64,000 nt of DNA from Candidatus Multivoradales bacterium (GCA_965248055.1 CBDFIJ010000004.1:2624001-2688000); one strand, 5' to 3'; shown: positions 49,643 through 59,889, numbered from the stretch's first letter. Notes: generated by a model not told the origin, from the letters alone. A program made the numbers and translations.

Positions 49643-49891
49643 ATTCCTTTAGACGCAGTGAGATGCCAAAACATAACCGAGAGGGGCCTGCTTCGCTGAA
49701 AGTCCCCGGCTGTGCCCCCCCTCGGGATGACCCCGGCTCCCAACCCGCGCCCCCGTCCCCGCCGGGGCAGGCTCGCAGGCTGTGTGTCCTCTTGTTGGGG
49801 GGAACCCCGCACCTGCCGGTCCCGGAGGCGTCTTTGCAAGCGCTTGGCACGATGTGGGGAGGCCATCTACATTCCGGCGCGATGCGAAGCC

Positions 49892-50030
49892 GAGGCGCAT
49901 GCCACCCTTCAGAGTCCGAAAAGCATGCGCCGTCCTCCCGGGTGGCAGGTGCAAAGAAAACTGAGGTGAGCGCCGTCCTACAGAGTCCGAGATGCGCTCA
50001 CTGTCTTCAGGACGGCGGGTGCAAAAGAAT
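49892..50030. repeat. Two tandem ~71-nt units with covarying stems (structured element of unknown class)
   Basis: Conserved GAGG...CAGAGTCCGA...GTCyTy...GGTGCAAA; two interleaved stems whose sequences differ between units while pairing is kept. Confidence 0.75.
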
Positions 50031-50037
50031 CCCGCCG

Positions 50038-53000
50038 CTACCTGACGACGCGTCCCGGGGTCCACGGCACCCCGGCAGCCTTCAGCTTGGCCTCAAGCGC
50101 GGGTAGCTCTTCGGTCTGGATCTTGGCCAGTGCCGATTCCACTGTACTCAACTCTTTTTCGACAATGGCGGCTGTCTCTTGCAGTGCTGGGGTTGGCCCG
50201 TAGGTGGAGTAGGTCACACCGTAGACCAAGAAGGTGACCCGATCGTTGATCGAGGTGATGTCGAACTCGTTGAGTTGCACGCGCCGCTGGTCATTTTCGA
50301 GGTTCTTCTTGTGATCCTGGAGCTGGTTCCAGATTGCGCGGGTGGTCGACAGCAGGTCCAGATCGACGCTCGCTGAGCGCAGGTTCAAGGTGTCGCGGAT
50401 CTTCTCGATCCGGGCGATGAGTTCGGCGGTTGCTGAGCGAGCTCCCTCGACGCGGCCGTTGAGTTGGCCAACCTGTCGCTGAAAAGCCACCACTTGATCG
50501 GGCGTCGCCGAACTCAAGCTGTTGCTGCGCAACGGGACGACGTTGAAGCTCTGCGACTGGCCGAGGTCGGTGATTGCGCCGTTGGCGCGGATACCGAGGT
50601 ACACCGTGTATTGCCCCGGAGCAGCCAGAAAACCGCTGTGCGGATTCTGATTGGCATCCTCAAGCGTTGCCAGATCGGGGAGCGGTGTAGTTGCAGGCTC
50701 GCGCAGATCCCAGGCGACACGGTGGATCCCTGCAGCCGCGGGGCCGTCGACGACCCGCACCACGGATCCGCTTGCGTTGCGTACGGTGAGCACTACCACC
50801 GGCTCGGTGTCGCGATTCTCTGAGTCGATAGCCTCCCACCCTGGGAACGACATATCGTCGCCGGCTTCCATTTCTTTTTCCGCTTCCAGCCGCGTGTCCT
50901 TGGCGGACTTGTAGCCGTCCTTGAGGTGGTAGGTAAACACCGCTCCGAATGGGGGGTTGGGAGCAATAAAGAAGCTATCTCCTTGCGAGGCTTTGGGGTT
51001 GCCGAAGTCGAGGGTGTTCTTAGGCAGATACCAATCGGCATCAGCGACTGGGAACAGCGTCGCCTCTTGCTCCACGGATTCGGCACTCAAAGCGCGCAGA
51101 GGAGAGTAGTCATCGAGGATGTAGAAGCCGCGTCCGAAGGTTGCACCCACAAGATCGTTCTCACGTCTTTGGATGACTAGATCGCGAAACGGGATGGTTG
51201 GTGCCCCCCCGGTCAGCTTGAGCCAGTACCCGCCACCGTCGACGCTGGTGAAGACACCGAATTCGGTGCCAACAAACAGCAACTGGGGATTGACGTGATC
51301 CTGGACCAGTCGCCAGATCACGTGCCGCTCGGGCAGATTACTGACGATGCTGCGCCAACTGATACCGCGATCGGTGGACTTGTAGACGTAGGGCGAGAAA
51401 TCACCCCCCTTGTGGTCGTCAAACACCGCGTACACGCTATCGACATCGTGCAGGTCTGCCTTGATGTCATTGACAAAGGCCGTCTTGGGCAAGCCCGGCA
51501 GGGAGCCGGCCTCCACTTTGCGCCAGTTGGCCCCGCCATCCTCAGTGACTTGGATCAAGCCGTCATCGGTGCCCGCATAGAGCAAATTTTCATCGTGCGG
51601 GGATTCCCCTAGCGAGGTGATGGTGTTGTACATCGACATCGCGTAGAGATCCCAAACCGCGTCAAAGCTGCGCGTGCGTCCACCAATCGGAAGCTCCAAG
51701 CGATTTTGATTGCGGGTGAGATCGTCAGAAACGGCGGTCCAACTGTCGCCATGGTTGTCGCTACGCCACACCCGTTGGCTGGCGTAGTAGAGGCGCGCCG
51801 GGTCATGGGCTGAGATGAGAATCGGGGAATCCCAGTTGTGGCGCTCCAGCGGGGCGCCCTTGGCTGGCTGCGGTTTGATGTAGGTGACTTCGCCAGTGGG
51901 TCGGTCGATGCGGGTCAGGTTTCCCTCTTGCCACTCGGAGTAGATGATGTCGGGGTTGGTCGGATCGATGGCTGGCTGATGACCATCGGCAAACAAGGTG
52001 ATCGACCAATCAGAGTTGCGGATGCCGTGAATATTGTCGGTCGCTGAAGGGCCGTACTGGGTGTTGTTGTCCTGGGTGCCACCGACCACATGGTAGAAGG
52101 GTTCATCGTAGTCCACCGCCACCTTGTAGAACTGGGTCAGCGGCAGGTTGGAGACAAACCTCCAGGTCTTGCCCAGATCCCAGGTCTCATAGAGGCCGCC
52201 GTCACAGCCAGCCAGCAGGTAGTTGGGGTCGTCAGGATCAAAGGCCAAGGCATGATTGTCGACGTGCTTGGAGTCGGTACCAATGTTGCCAAACGAAGTC
52301 CCACCATCTTCGGTCACCAGCAACTTGTAGTCGGAATAGTAGACGCGGTCGAATTTGTGAGGACTGGCCCAAATTTCTTGGTAGTAGTGAGGCCCCGTGC
52401 CACCAGCGATCTGGGTGCCCATTTCGGTCCAAGTCTCGCCGAAATCGGTTGAACGCACGAAGCTGCCCTTGCGATGGGCTAACTCAATGGTGGCGTAGAC
52501 CACATCTGGGTCTTGCGGGGAAACGGTCAGGCCGATGCGGCCCATGTCGGTCTCTGGCAAGCCTTGGGTCACTTCGCGCCAGGTAGCGCCCCCGTCGGTG
52601 GACTTGTGAATGCCCGATTCCGGTCCACCGTTGACCAGCGCCGCCACCGTGCGGTGGTGCTCGTGGGTGGTCGCCAGCAGGATGTCTGGGTTGCTTGGGC
52701 TCATCACCACATCATTGACCCCTGTGTACTGGCCACCGGTTGAGTCGCCTCCGCCGAGCACCTTGTCCCAGTTAACCCCGCTATCAGTGGACTTGAACAA
52801 CCCGCGGTTGCCTCCGGGTGACCACAACGGTCCCTGCGAGGCAACAAAGATGGTGTTCGGATCGTCCGGATGAATGATGATGCGGCCGATATGTTGTGAA
52901 TCTTTGAGCCCAAGGTTCTCCCAGGTCTTGCCACCGTCGCGGCTGCGGTAGACCCCGTCTCCGTAACCGACATGCCGTCCGTTGACGTTTTCGCCGGAAC

Positions 53001-53370
53001 CCACCCAAATGGTGGAGAAATTGTGGGGGTCGACCACTACCGTACCGATTGAATAGGAACCCTGACCATCGAACACTGACTCCCAAGTCGTCCCAGCATT
53101 GACCGTCTTCCACACCCCGCCTGAACCAACTCCGACGTACCAGGTGGATTGATCGGTAGGGTCAATGGCGATATCAGCGATGCGCCCAGACATTAGCGCT
53201 GGGCCAATGCCTCTGAGCTCCAGGCCAGCCAGAGCTTCTTCCGTCAGCCAGTATTTGGAGTCCGTTTCTGGGGGTTCTGCTCGGCCTCCAGTTGCAGCTA
53301 CTAGCCCAAGGCAGCAAAAAGCGAGGATTGCGCGCGGTAACTCAAATCTTCGAATCTGGTATCTATACAT
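50038..53370 (-). CDS. Secreted BNR/VPS10-like beta-propeller glycosyl hydrolase
   Basis: Signal peptide; GPALMSGRI; many S/TxDGGxTW (Asp-box) repeats; C-terminal helical tail. Confidence 0.9.
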   Translation of the reverse strand: MYRYQIRRFELPRAILAFCCLGLVAATGGRAEPPETDSKYWLTEEALAGLELRGIGPALMSGRIADIAIDPTDQSTWYVGVGSGGVWKTVNAGTTWESVFDGQGSYSIGTVVVDPHNFSTIWVGSGENVNGRHVGYGDGVYRSRDGGKTWENLGLKDSQHIGRIIIHPDDPNTIFVASQGPLWSPGGNRGLFKSTDSGVNWDKVLGGGDSTGGQYTGVNDVVMSPSNPDILLATTHEHHRTVAALVNGGPESGIHKSTDGGATWREVTQGLPETDMGRIGLTVSPQDPDVVYATIELAHRKGSFVRSTDFGETWTEMGTQIAGGTGPHYYQEIWASPHKFDRVYYSDYKLLVTEDGGTSFGNIGTDSKHVDNHALAFDPDDPNYLLAGCDGGLYETWDLGKTWRFVSNLPLTQFYKVAVDYDEPFYHVVGGTQDNNTQYGPSATDNIHGIRNSDWSITLFADGHQPAIDPTNPDIIYSEWQEGNLTRIDRPTGEVTYIKPQPAKGAPLERHNWDSPILISAHDPARLYYASQRVWRSDNHGDSWTAVSDDLTRNQNRLELPIGGRTRSFDAVWDLYAMSMYNTITSLGESPHDENLLYAGTDDGLIQVTEDGGANWRKVEAGSLPGLPKTAFVNDIKADLHDVDSVYAVFDDHKGGDFSPYVYKSTDRGISWRSIVSNLPERHVIWRLVQDHVNPQLLFVGTEFGVFTSVDGGGYWLKLTGGAPTIPFRDLVIQRRENDLVGATFGRGFYILDDYSPLRALSAESVEQEATLFPVADADWYLPKNTLDFGNPKASQGDSFFIAPNPPFGAVFTYHLKDGYKSAKDTRLEAEKEMEAGDDMSFPGWEAIDSENRDTEPVVVLTVRNASGSVVRVVDGPAAAGIHRVAWDLREPATTPLPDLATLEDANQNPHSGFLAAPGQYTVYLGIRANGAITDLGQSQSFNVVPLRSNSLSSATPDQVVAFQRQVGQLNGRVEGARSATAELIARIEKIRDTLNLRSASVDLDLLSTTRAIWNQLQDHKKNLENDQRRVQLNEFDITSINDRVTFLVYGVTYSTYGPTPALQETAAIVEKELSTVESALAKIQTEELPALEAKLKAAGVPWTPGRVVR

Positions 53371-53542
53371 GGGTTTTCTCCTGGTCGGCCTCCACGAGCG
53401 GCAGGCTATCAGGAGGAGTAGTGGCTTGTTTGCACCTTTAAGGTTGCTCGGCTCTCAGCTAATCAAAATTGCGAATGTTAGGATCTTGCCAGTCTAGGTG
53501 GATATGTATAGGAGTCGGCGATAGCGGCGAAGGAGACAGAGC

Positions 53543-54628
53543 ATGGCTTTTTTCGATCTGAGTGGTGTCCGGTTTTTTCGAACGGTATTTGTTTGGATCC
53601 TAGTGATCTTGATTGGGGCTGGCTTGGCGACCGCTCAGGAGAAGTGCAAACGCAAGAACAAGCATATGGACCGCGACAGTTGCCCCACTTTTGCCGGGCA
53701 TTGGGAAAATGACACTATCGGCGGCCATACAGATCGTTACTACACCAATGGAATTCAGTGGAGCAAAGAGTTCAAGACCACCGGGGAAATTGAAGATTCT
53801 CCGTTTTGGGCACGGCGGGTTCACGATAAGTTGAAACGAAAAGCGGACGTATCAGGAGGAGAGCTCGACGTCTATCGCGGGATCTTGTTTTCCAGCACGT
53901 TCTACACCCCGGTAGATATCGAAGACCCTGACTTGATTACGACTGACCGACCGTACGCTGGATGGACTCGGGTTTCGTCTCTCTTCAGCGTGCACTCTAC
54001 TAAGGTCCAACATCGGCTCGAAGCCAGCGTAGGAGTAGTGGGGGAACTGGCGCTAGGGGAACGGCAACAGAAGTTTGCTCACAAGCACTTGAGCCCAAGT
54101 TCGCCGACTCCTCTAGGTTGGGACCATCAGCTTGCCAACGAGCCAGCACTTCAGTTTCTCTATACCTTTCGTCGACGTGTTTCGCCAATCAAAGTGCAGC
54201 ATTACTTCGACTTGACCCCCTATCTCACAGCGGCAGCCGGAAACGTGATGGTCTCCGGTGGCGCCGGTTTTACCGCTCGACTTGGCTACAACCTTCCGCT
54301 GGGGTTTGCTACGGTCATTCCGTCGGCGGGTCCAGATTATGGAATCACGGGACGGTTTTCGATCTACCTCTTTGTCGAAAGCGAAGGTCGGGCGGTAGCT
54401 CGATACATGTTTCTCGATGGTAATAGCTTGGCCAACAGCCATAGTGTCGACAAGAAATCTGCAATAGCCGAACTGAAGGCTGGGCTTGCGATGCGTTGTG
54501 GTCGTTGGACGTTCACTTACCAAGAACTTACCCGCTCAGAGGAATTTGACTTGCAAGACGGGCGGCAGAAATGGGGGTCGGTAAGTTTGGCGGTGTCACC
54601 GCGTGGCTCGACACCTTCCTGCTTCTGA
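53543..54628 (+). CDS. Lipid A deacylase LpxR family (DUF2219) outer-membrane protein
   Basis: WEND...TDRYYTNG, TP...DRPYAG, GWDHQL and FLDG motifs. Confidence 0.88.
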   Translation: MAFFDLSGVRFFRTVFVWILVILIGAGLATAQEKCKRKNKHMDRDSCPTFAGHWENDTIGGHTDRYYTNGIQWSKEFKTTGEIEDSPFWARRVHDKLKRKADVSGGELDVYRGILFSSTFYTPVDIEDPDLITTDRPYAGWTRVSSLFSVHSTKVQHRLEASVGVVGELALGERQQKFAHKHLSPSSPTPLGWDHQLANEPALQFLYTFRRRVSPIKVQHYFDLTPYLTAAAGNVMVSGGAGFTARLGYNLPLGFATVIPSAGPDYGITGRFSIYLFVESEGRAVARYMFLDGNSLANSHSVDKKSAIAELKAGLAMRCGRWTFTYQELTRSEEFDLQDGRQKWGSVSLAVSPRGSTPSCF

Positions 54629-54638
54629 GGCGACGAGA

Positions 54639-56600
54639 ATGCCGACAGTCCAACAGTACGGAGTTGAGGTTGATCCATTTCAGGCCGAGAACCGACGCGG
54701 CGAATCAGCACACGAGCTACGCTATATATTGATCCAATCCAGCGAACGTTGGCGAGAGGAGCATAGGCGTGAACTCGCTTCGCTCGGACTAGAGTGCCGT
54801 GAGCGGGTTGAACGAGAAGTCTATTTGTGTGCGGGTCGAGAAGTCGATCTCCAAGAGGTTCGGGCGCTTTGGTTTGTTGAAGATGCGGCCGACTACGCGC
54901 ACCGGTATAAGCTCTCCGAGGAGCTGGCAGAGCCTAGGATGGGGCTTCTAGGAGCTGTCGAGAGAGAGGTTCGGATTGATCTGGCTTTGCAGGGTGATAT
55001 CGCCCCCCAAGCATTTGTCGCCAAGCTCAATTCTGGTGCATGGAGAACCGCAAACGTCGAGCTGGGGCGATCCAAAGTGCGTTGCACGGTCAATGTTGAA
55101 GACCTGAAGTCATTGGCGTTGGTAGACGGCGTACGGCGCATCGAGCCGGTTCCGCAGTATGAGTATTGCGCCAATATTGCTTGTGGGGTGATTGGTGCCT
55201 CCGAGGTTCACAGTGCGGCCCAATTGCGCGGCGAGGGTGAGGTGATCGGTATCTGCGATTCGGGACTAGATCAAGGGAAGATAGGGGATGTTCATCCGGC
55301 GTTCGCCGGTCGGGTTGCCAAACTCATACCGCTCGGACGATCGTCGAAGACGAATGACCCGACCGGTCACGGAACTCACGTCGCGGGTCTCGCTGTTGGC
55401 GATAGCCAATCGAATGAGGCTGCTGGATCGATTACCGGTGCTGCGCCTGGTGCAGAGCTGGTGGTTCAATCGGTGTATCACCGATCTGACCCTTTGCTCG
55501 GCATTCCTACTGATCTTCACGATCTTTTCTCGGACGTCTACACAGACCACAAAGTGCGAATTCACAGCAACTCTTGGGTTGAGCGGAAACGGGGGGGATT
55601 CTACTCCTTCCATTCGCGGGAGATCGACGATTTTGTCCACCGGAATCGTGATTTGGTTGTGGTCTGTGCGGCTGGCAATGAAGGCCGACCCGACTCGACG
55701 ACGGGCACTCTGCAAGACCGTACAATTCGTCCGCCTGGAACAGCTAAGAACTGCATATCGGTAGGTGCTAGTGAGAACTTGCGGCCGGCGAAGGACCAAG
55801 CTTGGAAGGACCAGGATGTGTTCCCTGGTCGTTTCGATCAAGACCCAATGATTTCTCTCGATGGTTGGGCCGATGATGCGTCAGAGGTTGCGCCGTTCAG
55901 CGGTCGTGGCCCGACCGATCACGGACGTATCAAGCCCGACCTCGTGGCTCCGGGAACGGTGGTGCTCGGGCCTCGATCTCGTTCCCTTGGTTCGCCGGGG
56001 GCTCATTGGGGCACCTCAATAGACGACCAGTATTTCTACCTCGGAGGCACCAGCATGGCCACACCGCTGGTCGCGGGCTGTGCTGCGGTGACGCGTCAAT
56101 TTCTCCGCCGTGAACTCGGTGGGAGTCCTTCGGCGGCTCTCGTTAAGGCCGTTTTGATCAATTCTGCTGACGACCTGTCTGGTGCCCCCAATTTTTCGGA
56201 GGGCTGGGGGAGAGTTAACTTGGCGCGCGCAGTCCATACCGAGGCTCCCGAGAGAGTACGCTATTTCGATGAAGGCCCTAGTCTTTCGACCGGGGAGGTC
56301 GCTACCTTCGATTTACAGTGTTTCGAAGCTGGCCTTCCGCTGAAGGTGACATTGGTTTGGACAGATCCTCCGGGTGAATTCTTGCAATCGGATCTCGATT
56401 TGGTGGTTGAGCGAGCTCCCGATGATGTGCGGAATGGAAATCAGGTCCCCGGTTCCCGCGAGTTTGATCGGACTAACAATGTTGAGCAAGTAACGTGGGA
56501 GGATTTTCCTAGAGGTTTGTTTAGAGTTCGTGTTCGGGCTTTCGTGACGACACTGACTCCTAGGCAATCTTTTGCCCTAGTGATTCGGGGGGGTATCTAG
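54639..56600 (+). CDS. S8 subtilisin-like serine protease with C-terminal beta domain
   Basis: DSG, HGTHVAG, AAGNEG and GTSMATP catalytic motifs; TLVWTDPP and NNVEQV C-domain; no clear signal peptide. Confidence 0.92.
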   Translation: MPTVQQYGVEVDPFQAENRRGESAHELRYILIQSSERWREEHRRELASLGLECRERVEREVYLCAGREVDLQEVRALWFVEDAADYAHRYKLSEELAEPRMGLLGAVEREVRIDLALQGDIAPQAFVAKLNSGAWRTANVELGRSKVRCTVNVEDLKSLALVDGVRRIEPVPQYEYCANIACGVIGASEVHSAAQLRGEGEVIGICDSGLDQGKIGDVHPAFAGRVAKLIPLGRSSKTNDPTGHGTHVAGLAVGDSQSNEAAGSITGAAPGAELVVQSVYHRSDPLLGIPTDLHDLFSDVYTDHKVRIHSNSWVERKRGGFYSFHSREIDDFVHRNRDLVVVCAAGNEGRPDSTTGTLQDRTIRPPGTAKNCISVGASENLRPAKDQAWKDQDVFPGRFDQDPMISLDGWADDASEVAPFSGRGPTDHGRIKPDLVAPGTVVLGPRSRSLGSPGAHWGTSIDDQYFYLGGTSMATPLVAGCAAVTRQFLRRELGGSPSAALVKAVLINSADDLSGAPNFSEGWGRVNLARAVHTEAPERVRYFDEGPSLSTGEVATFDLQCFEAGLPLKVTLVWTDPPGEFLQSDLDLVVERAPDDVRNGNQVPGSREFDRTNNVEQVTWEDFPRGLFRVRVRAFVTTLTPRQSFALVIRGGI

Positions 56601-56780
56601 ACCGCGTCCCAGGCATTCACGACCCTAGAGATCTGTTAGTTCGGTCAACACCGCACTGGGCGGATGGGCTCTGTTGAGGAAACTCGAGTTGATGCTGGCG
56701 GTCCTACCCGCAGCTGAATCATGCAGAAGAAGGCTGTCTGCAACAACTTCAAAACAACACCAAGGGCATGCGATTCAGCA

Positions 56781-56948
56781 CTATTGCGTGCACCCACTTT
56801 TTTCTTGCGGATATCGGCGCATGCGACCGATTGAGGCACGGTTGCCATTGGGGCCAGAGTACGGTGACAGGAACTCCCAAACCGTTTCGCCCGATTGGGT
56901 TACCTCGAGGGCTCGACCACGGTGGGACTCGAGACTCACAGTGTTGTC
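56781..56948 (-). pseudogene. C-terminal remnant of an arylsulfotransferase-like beta-propeller gene
   Basis: DNTVSLESHRGRALEVTQSGETVWEFLSP resembles the NTLITES..GR.FEVT..GE.VWEF repeat of that family; no start codon or N-terminal part. Confidence 0.6.
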
Positions 56949-56954
56949 GTAGTG

Positions 56955-58802
56955 TCACAGCCAGGGTTTGTGAATCCGCGGCGAGAAGCTAGGTTGGTAT
57001 TCCAAGGAGTGAGCGGTACTCAGGTTGGGGTTGTAATACGGGTCGTCGTTGAGATCGGCCCATCGCGCCAGTAGATACGCTTTTTCCTTTTGCAGGGTGT
57101 CAGCCCGGGATTTGGAGTTGGGGTTACCGAGAGTTGCCGATTCAGCGTGCATCAACTGAACTTGGGCGTTCCATAGGATTCGGTAGCCCATGGTGCGTAG
57201 CCTCAGGCACAGATCGACGTCGTTGTAGGACACTGCGAGGGATTCGTCGAATCCACCGACCTGCTGAAAGACTTCAGCGCGCATTGCCAGACAAGCCCCG
57301 GTGACTGCCGAGTAGTTTTGGATCAGCTGTGCGCGGCCGAAGTGTCTGCGGGTCTGGTTGCGACGACCATTGAGAATCGGGACAGCGGTTTTCCGTCCAC
57401 CAAGGCGAATCCCAGCGTGTTGAATTCTCCAGGATGGATACAGAAGCTTGGCGCCGACCGCGCCAATTTCAGGCCGGATCGCATGAACTACGAGTTCTCT
57501 CAGCCAATCTTTCTGGATCACGGTGGTGTCATTGTTGAGAAACACCAATAGATCGCCCTTGGCATGCTGAGCCGCCCGGTTACAGATGGCCGAGTAATTG
57601 AACTGCTGGGGATCGCTCAGTACGGTGACACCGGACTGTTTGAGTGACTCCAAGTACTCGAGCGCGCGACTCTCTCTTGAGTCGTTGTCAACCACGATCA
57701 GCTCGACAGCGGAGTAGTCCGTAACGGTCTGTAGACTGCGGATGCACTGTTGCAGGAGCTCCGTCTGATCTCGAGTGGGGATGATGATGCTGACCAGCGG
57801 GATCTGTTCGGGCAGCGGGTAATGTACCCGGTTGTAGAAAGGGATCTCTGCAGGCATTACGCGACCTTTGCTCGGAGTGCGGTCCAAGTAAGACTGCACC
57901 GCCCGTCGGCCAGCATCCGTTGCATAGGGTTTGGCGGCGGAATCGACGGAGGTCGACTTTGCATGACTACGCCAGTGGTAGAGCACAAAAGGAATATGTC
58001 GAATTCGCTCGGCAGAGGTCACTTCACTGACGCGCAGGGCGAGATCCCAATCTTGACTTCCTTCATAGCCGAGGCGAAACCCCCCGAGTGCTTGCACTAG
58101 TTCCGTTCTGTAAACGCCAAGATGGCTAACGCAGTTTTGCGCTAGCAGCAGATCTGGGTTCCAATCGGTTTTGAAGTAGGGAGTATGTCGTCTTCCCGAC
58201 TCATCGAATTTATCTTCGTCGGAGAACAGAAGATCGGCATCCCGGGACCGGTTCAGTTCTTCAACAACCAAGTAGAGCGCGTGGGGTGCGAGTTGGTCGT
58301 CGTGATCGAGCAAGGCGATGAAATCACCGGTCGCACTTTCCAGAGCACTGTTGGATGCGGCACTGATTCCGCCGTTGGCTTTCCGTTCAACCAGCACGAT
58401 GCGCGGGTCTTGATCAGCGAAGCGGCGGAGCAATTCCACCACCTGGGGATTGGTCGAGGCATCGTCAGCGACACTAAGCTGCCAGTTTCCATAGAGTTGC
58501 CCCAGGACCGATTCGATCGACTCCCGCAGCCAAGCGAGTGGAGGATCAAAAACCGTTAGCAGTACGGAGATCTTCGGTTGATAGGAAAAGCCACCGATGT
58601 GGGATCGAATCGCCTGCTGGTCGGCTCTGGACAAGTCGTCAAAGCGAGCGATCCAACCTTGGTATCTCCGGTCAGACGAGGTGCCAATCCCAGCCCGGTC
58701 AACGAGTCCTCCGATGCCCTCAGTTCGCAGGATTCTGCGGCCGCTCTCGAGAGCACGGGCCAAGCGACGGAGCCCGGTGGGTAGAGAACGCAGGGAATAC
58801 AT
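56955..58802 (-). CDS. Two-domain GT2 glycosyltransferase (rhamnosyltransferase-like)
   Basis: LLDHDD, GSQDWD, LYHWR; second domain IIIPTRD, FLNND, AVTGACL and NDVDLCL. Confidence 0.9.
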   Translation of the reverse strand: MYSLRSLPTGLRRLARALESGRRILRTEGIGGLVDRAGIGTSSDRRYQGWIARFDDLSRADQQAIRSHIGGFSYQPKISVLLTVFDPPLAWLRESIESVLGQLYGNWQLSVADDASTNPQVVELLRRFADQDPRIVLVERKANGGISAASNSALESATGDFIALLDHDDQLAPHALYLVVEELNRSRDADLLFSDEDKFDESGRRHTPYFKTDWNPDLLLAQNCVSHLGVYRTELVQALGGFRLGYEGSQDWDLALRVSEVTSAERIRHIPFVLYHWRSHAKSTSVDSAAKPYATDAGRRAVQSYLDRTPSKGRVMPAEIPFYNRVHYPLPEQIPLVSIIIPTRDQTELLQQCIRSLQTVTDYSAVELIVVDNDSRESRALEYLESLKQSGVTVLSDPQQFNYSAICNRAAQHAKGDLLVFLNNDTTVIQKDWLRELVVHAIRPEIGAVGAKLLYPSWRIQHAGIRLGGRKTAVPILNGRRNQTRRHFGRAQLIQNYSAVTGACLAMRAEVFQQVGGFDESLAVSYNDVDLCLRLRTMGYRILWNAQVQLMHAESATLGNPNSKSRADTLQKEKAYLLARWADLNDDPYYNPNLSTAHSLEYQPSFSPRIHKPWL

Positions 58803-58826
58803 CGATTTGATCGAATTGAACCCCGC

Positions 58827-59888
58827 CTATGCCAACAAGGGCTGCCACCATCCAGGGTTTCCCAGGTACCAGTCGATCGTCTTGTGTAGGCCGCACTCGA
58901 AATTCACTCGTGGCGTATAGGAGAGCTCGGTGCGCGCTCGTTGGGCGTCAATCGCATAGCGTCGATCGTGCCCTGGGCGATCAACCACAGCCTGAATCGC
59001 TTCCTGACATCGCGCGCCGTAACTGGGCCAAGAGTCTGGATATTGCTCTGCCAGCGTCGATCGATCGGCAAATACCTGGTCGAGGTAGGTGCAGATTGCC
59101 TCTAACACTTCGACGTTGGTTCGCTCGCAGTTGCCACCAAAGCAGTAGGTCCTGCCAATTTTCCCGCGGTCCAGGGTCAGTTCTAGGCCCCGGCAATGGT
59201 CGTCGACATAGAGCCAATCGCGGACATTCAAGCCGTCTCCGTAAAGTGGGATTTCTCGCCCCCTGAGCAAGTTTGTGATGCTCAGCGGGATCAGCTTCTC
59301 TGGGTGCTGGTAGGGACCGTAATTGTTGGAGCAGTTGCTGATGGTGGTTTGAAGACCGTAAGTCTCTCCGTAAGCGCGGACCAGATGGTCTGCCGCAGCC
59401 TTGCTGGCCGCATAGGGTGAATTTGGCGCATAACGACTGGTCTCATCAAACGGAGGGTCGGTGGTTGTTAGAGATCCGAAGACTTCATCCGTCGAGACGT
59501 GGTGGAAGCGGTGACCGGGTAATTCACCAGCTTCCAGCCACACTTTTCTTGCTGCCTTTAGGAGCACATGGGTGCCGACGACGTTGACATCGATAAATAT
59601 GTCAGGAGCATCAATCGAGCGATCGACGTGGGACTCGGCGGCGAAATGGACCACCGTGTCGATTTGCTGGGAGGACAAGAGATCTTCAACTAGGTCTTGG
59701 TCCCGAATATCCCCTTCAATAAACTGCAGATTCGATGAATATATGAGCGGCTCTAGGCTCTGGAAATTGCCGGCATAGTTCAATGAATCCAGGACAGTGA
59801 GGAGATCTTCGGGGTGCTGGGACGACCAGTAGCGAACAAAGTTGGCACCGATAAATCCTGCGCCACCGGTGACTAGGAGCCTGCGCAT
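58827..59888 (-). CDS. rmlB: dTDP-glucose 4,6-dehydratase
   Basis: TGGAGFIG, AAESHVDRSI, STDEV, YAASK and DRPGHDRRY motifs. Confidence 0.95.
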   Translation of the reverse strand: MRRLLVTGGAGFIGANFVRYWSSQHPEDLLTVLDSLNYAGNFQSLEPLIYSSNLQFIEGDIRDQDLVEDLLSSQQIDTVVHFAAESHVDRSIDAPDIFIDVNVVGTHVLLKAARKVWLEAGELPGHRFHHVSTDEVFGSLTTTDPPFDETSRYAPNSPYAASKAAADHLVRAYGETYGLQTTISNCSNNYGPYQHPEKLIPLSITNLLRGREIPLYGDGLNVRDWLYVDDHCRGLELTLDRGKIGRTYCFGGNCERTNVEVLEAICTYLDQVFADRSTLAEQYPDSWPSYGARCQEAIQAVVDRPGHDRRYAIDAQRARTELSYTPRVNFECGLHKTIDWYLGNPGWWQPLLA

Positions 59889-59889
59889 T

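Noticed and set aside
49690-50030. Match to c-di-AMP, glycine or guanidine-III riboswitches, an HDV-like ribozyme, or a CRISPR array
   Set aside because: Only short motif coincidences; the required conserved cores and topologies are missing. There are two units only, without a repeat-spacer pattern or cas genes.
49600-50106. Several overlapping Pro/Arg/Gly-rich ORFs in the ECF upstream spacer
   Set aside because: These are GC-rich shadow ORFs over a structured repeat region, with no protein-like features.
56955-56957. Possible Sec read-through of the GT2 TGA into the in-frame arylsulfotransferase-like remnant
   Set aside because: The GT2 ends at its normal family C-terminus, there is no convincing SECIS hairpin and no redox context; a deletion scar is simpler.
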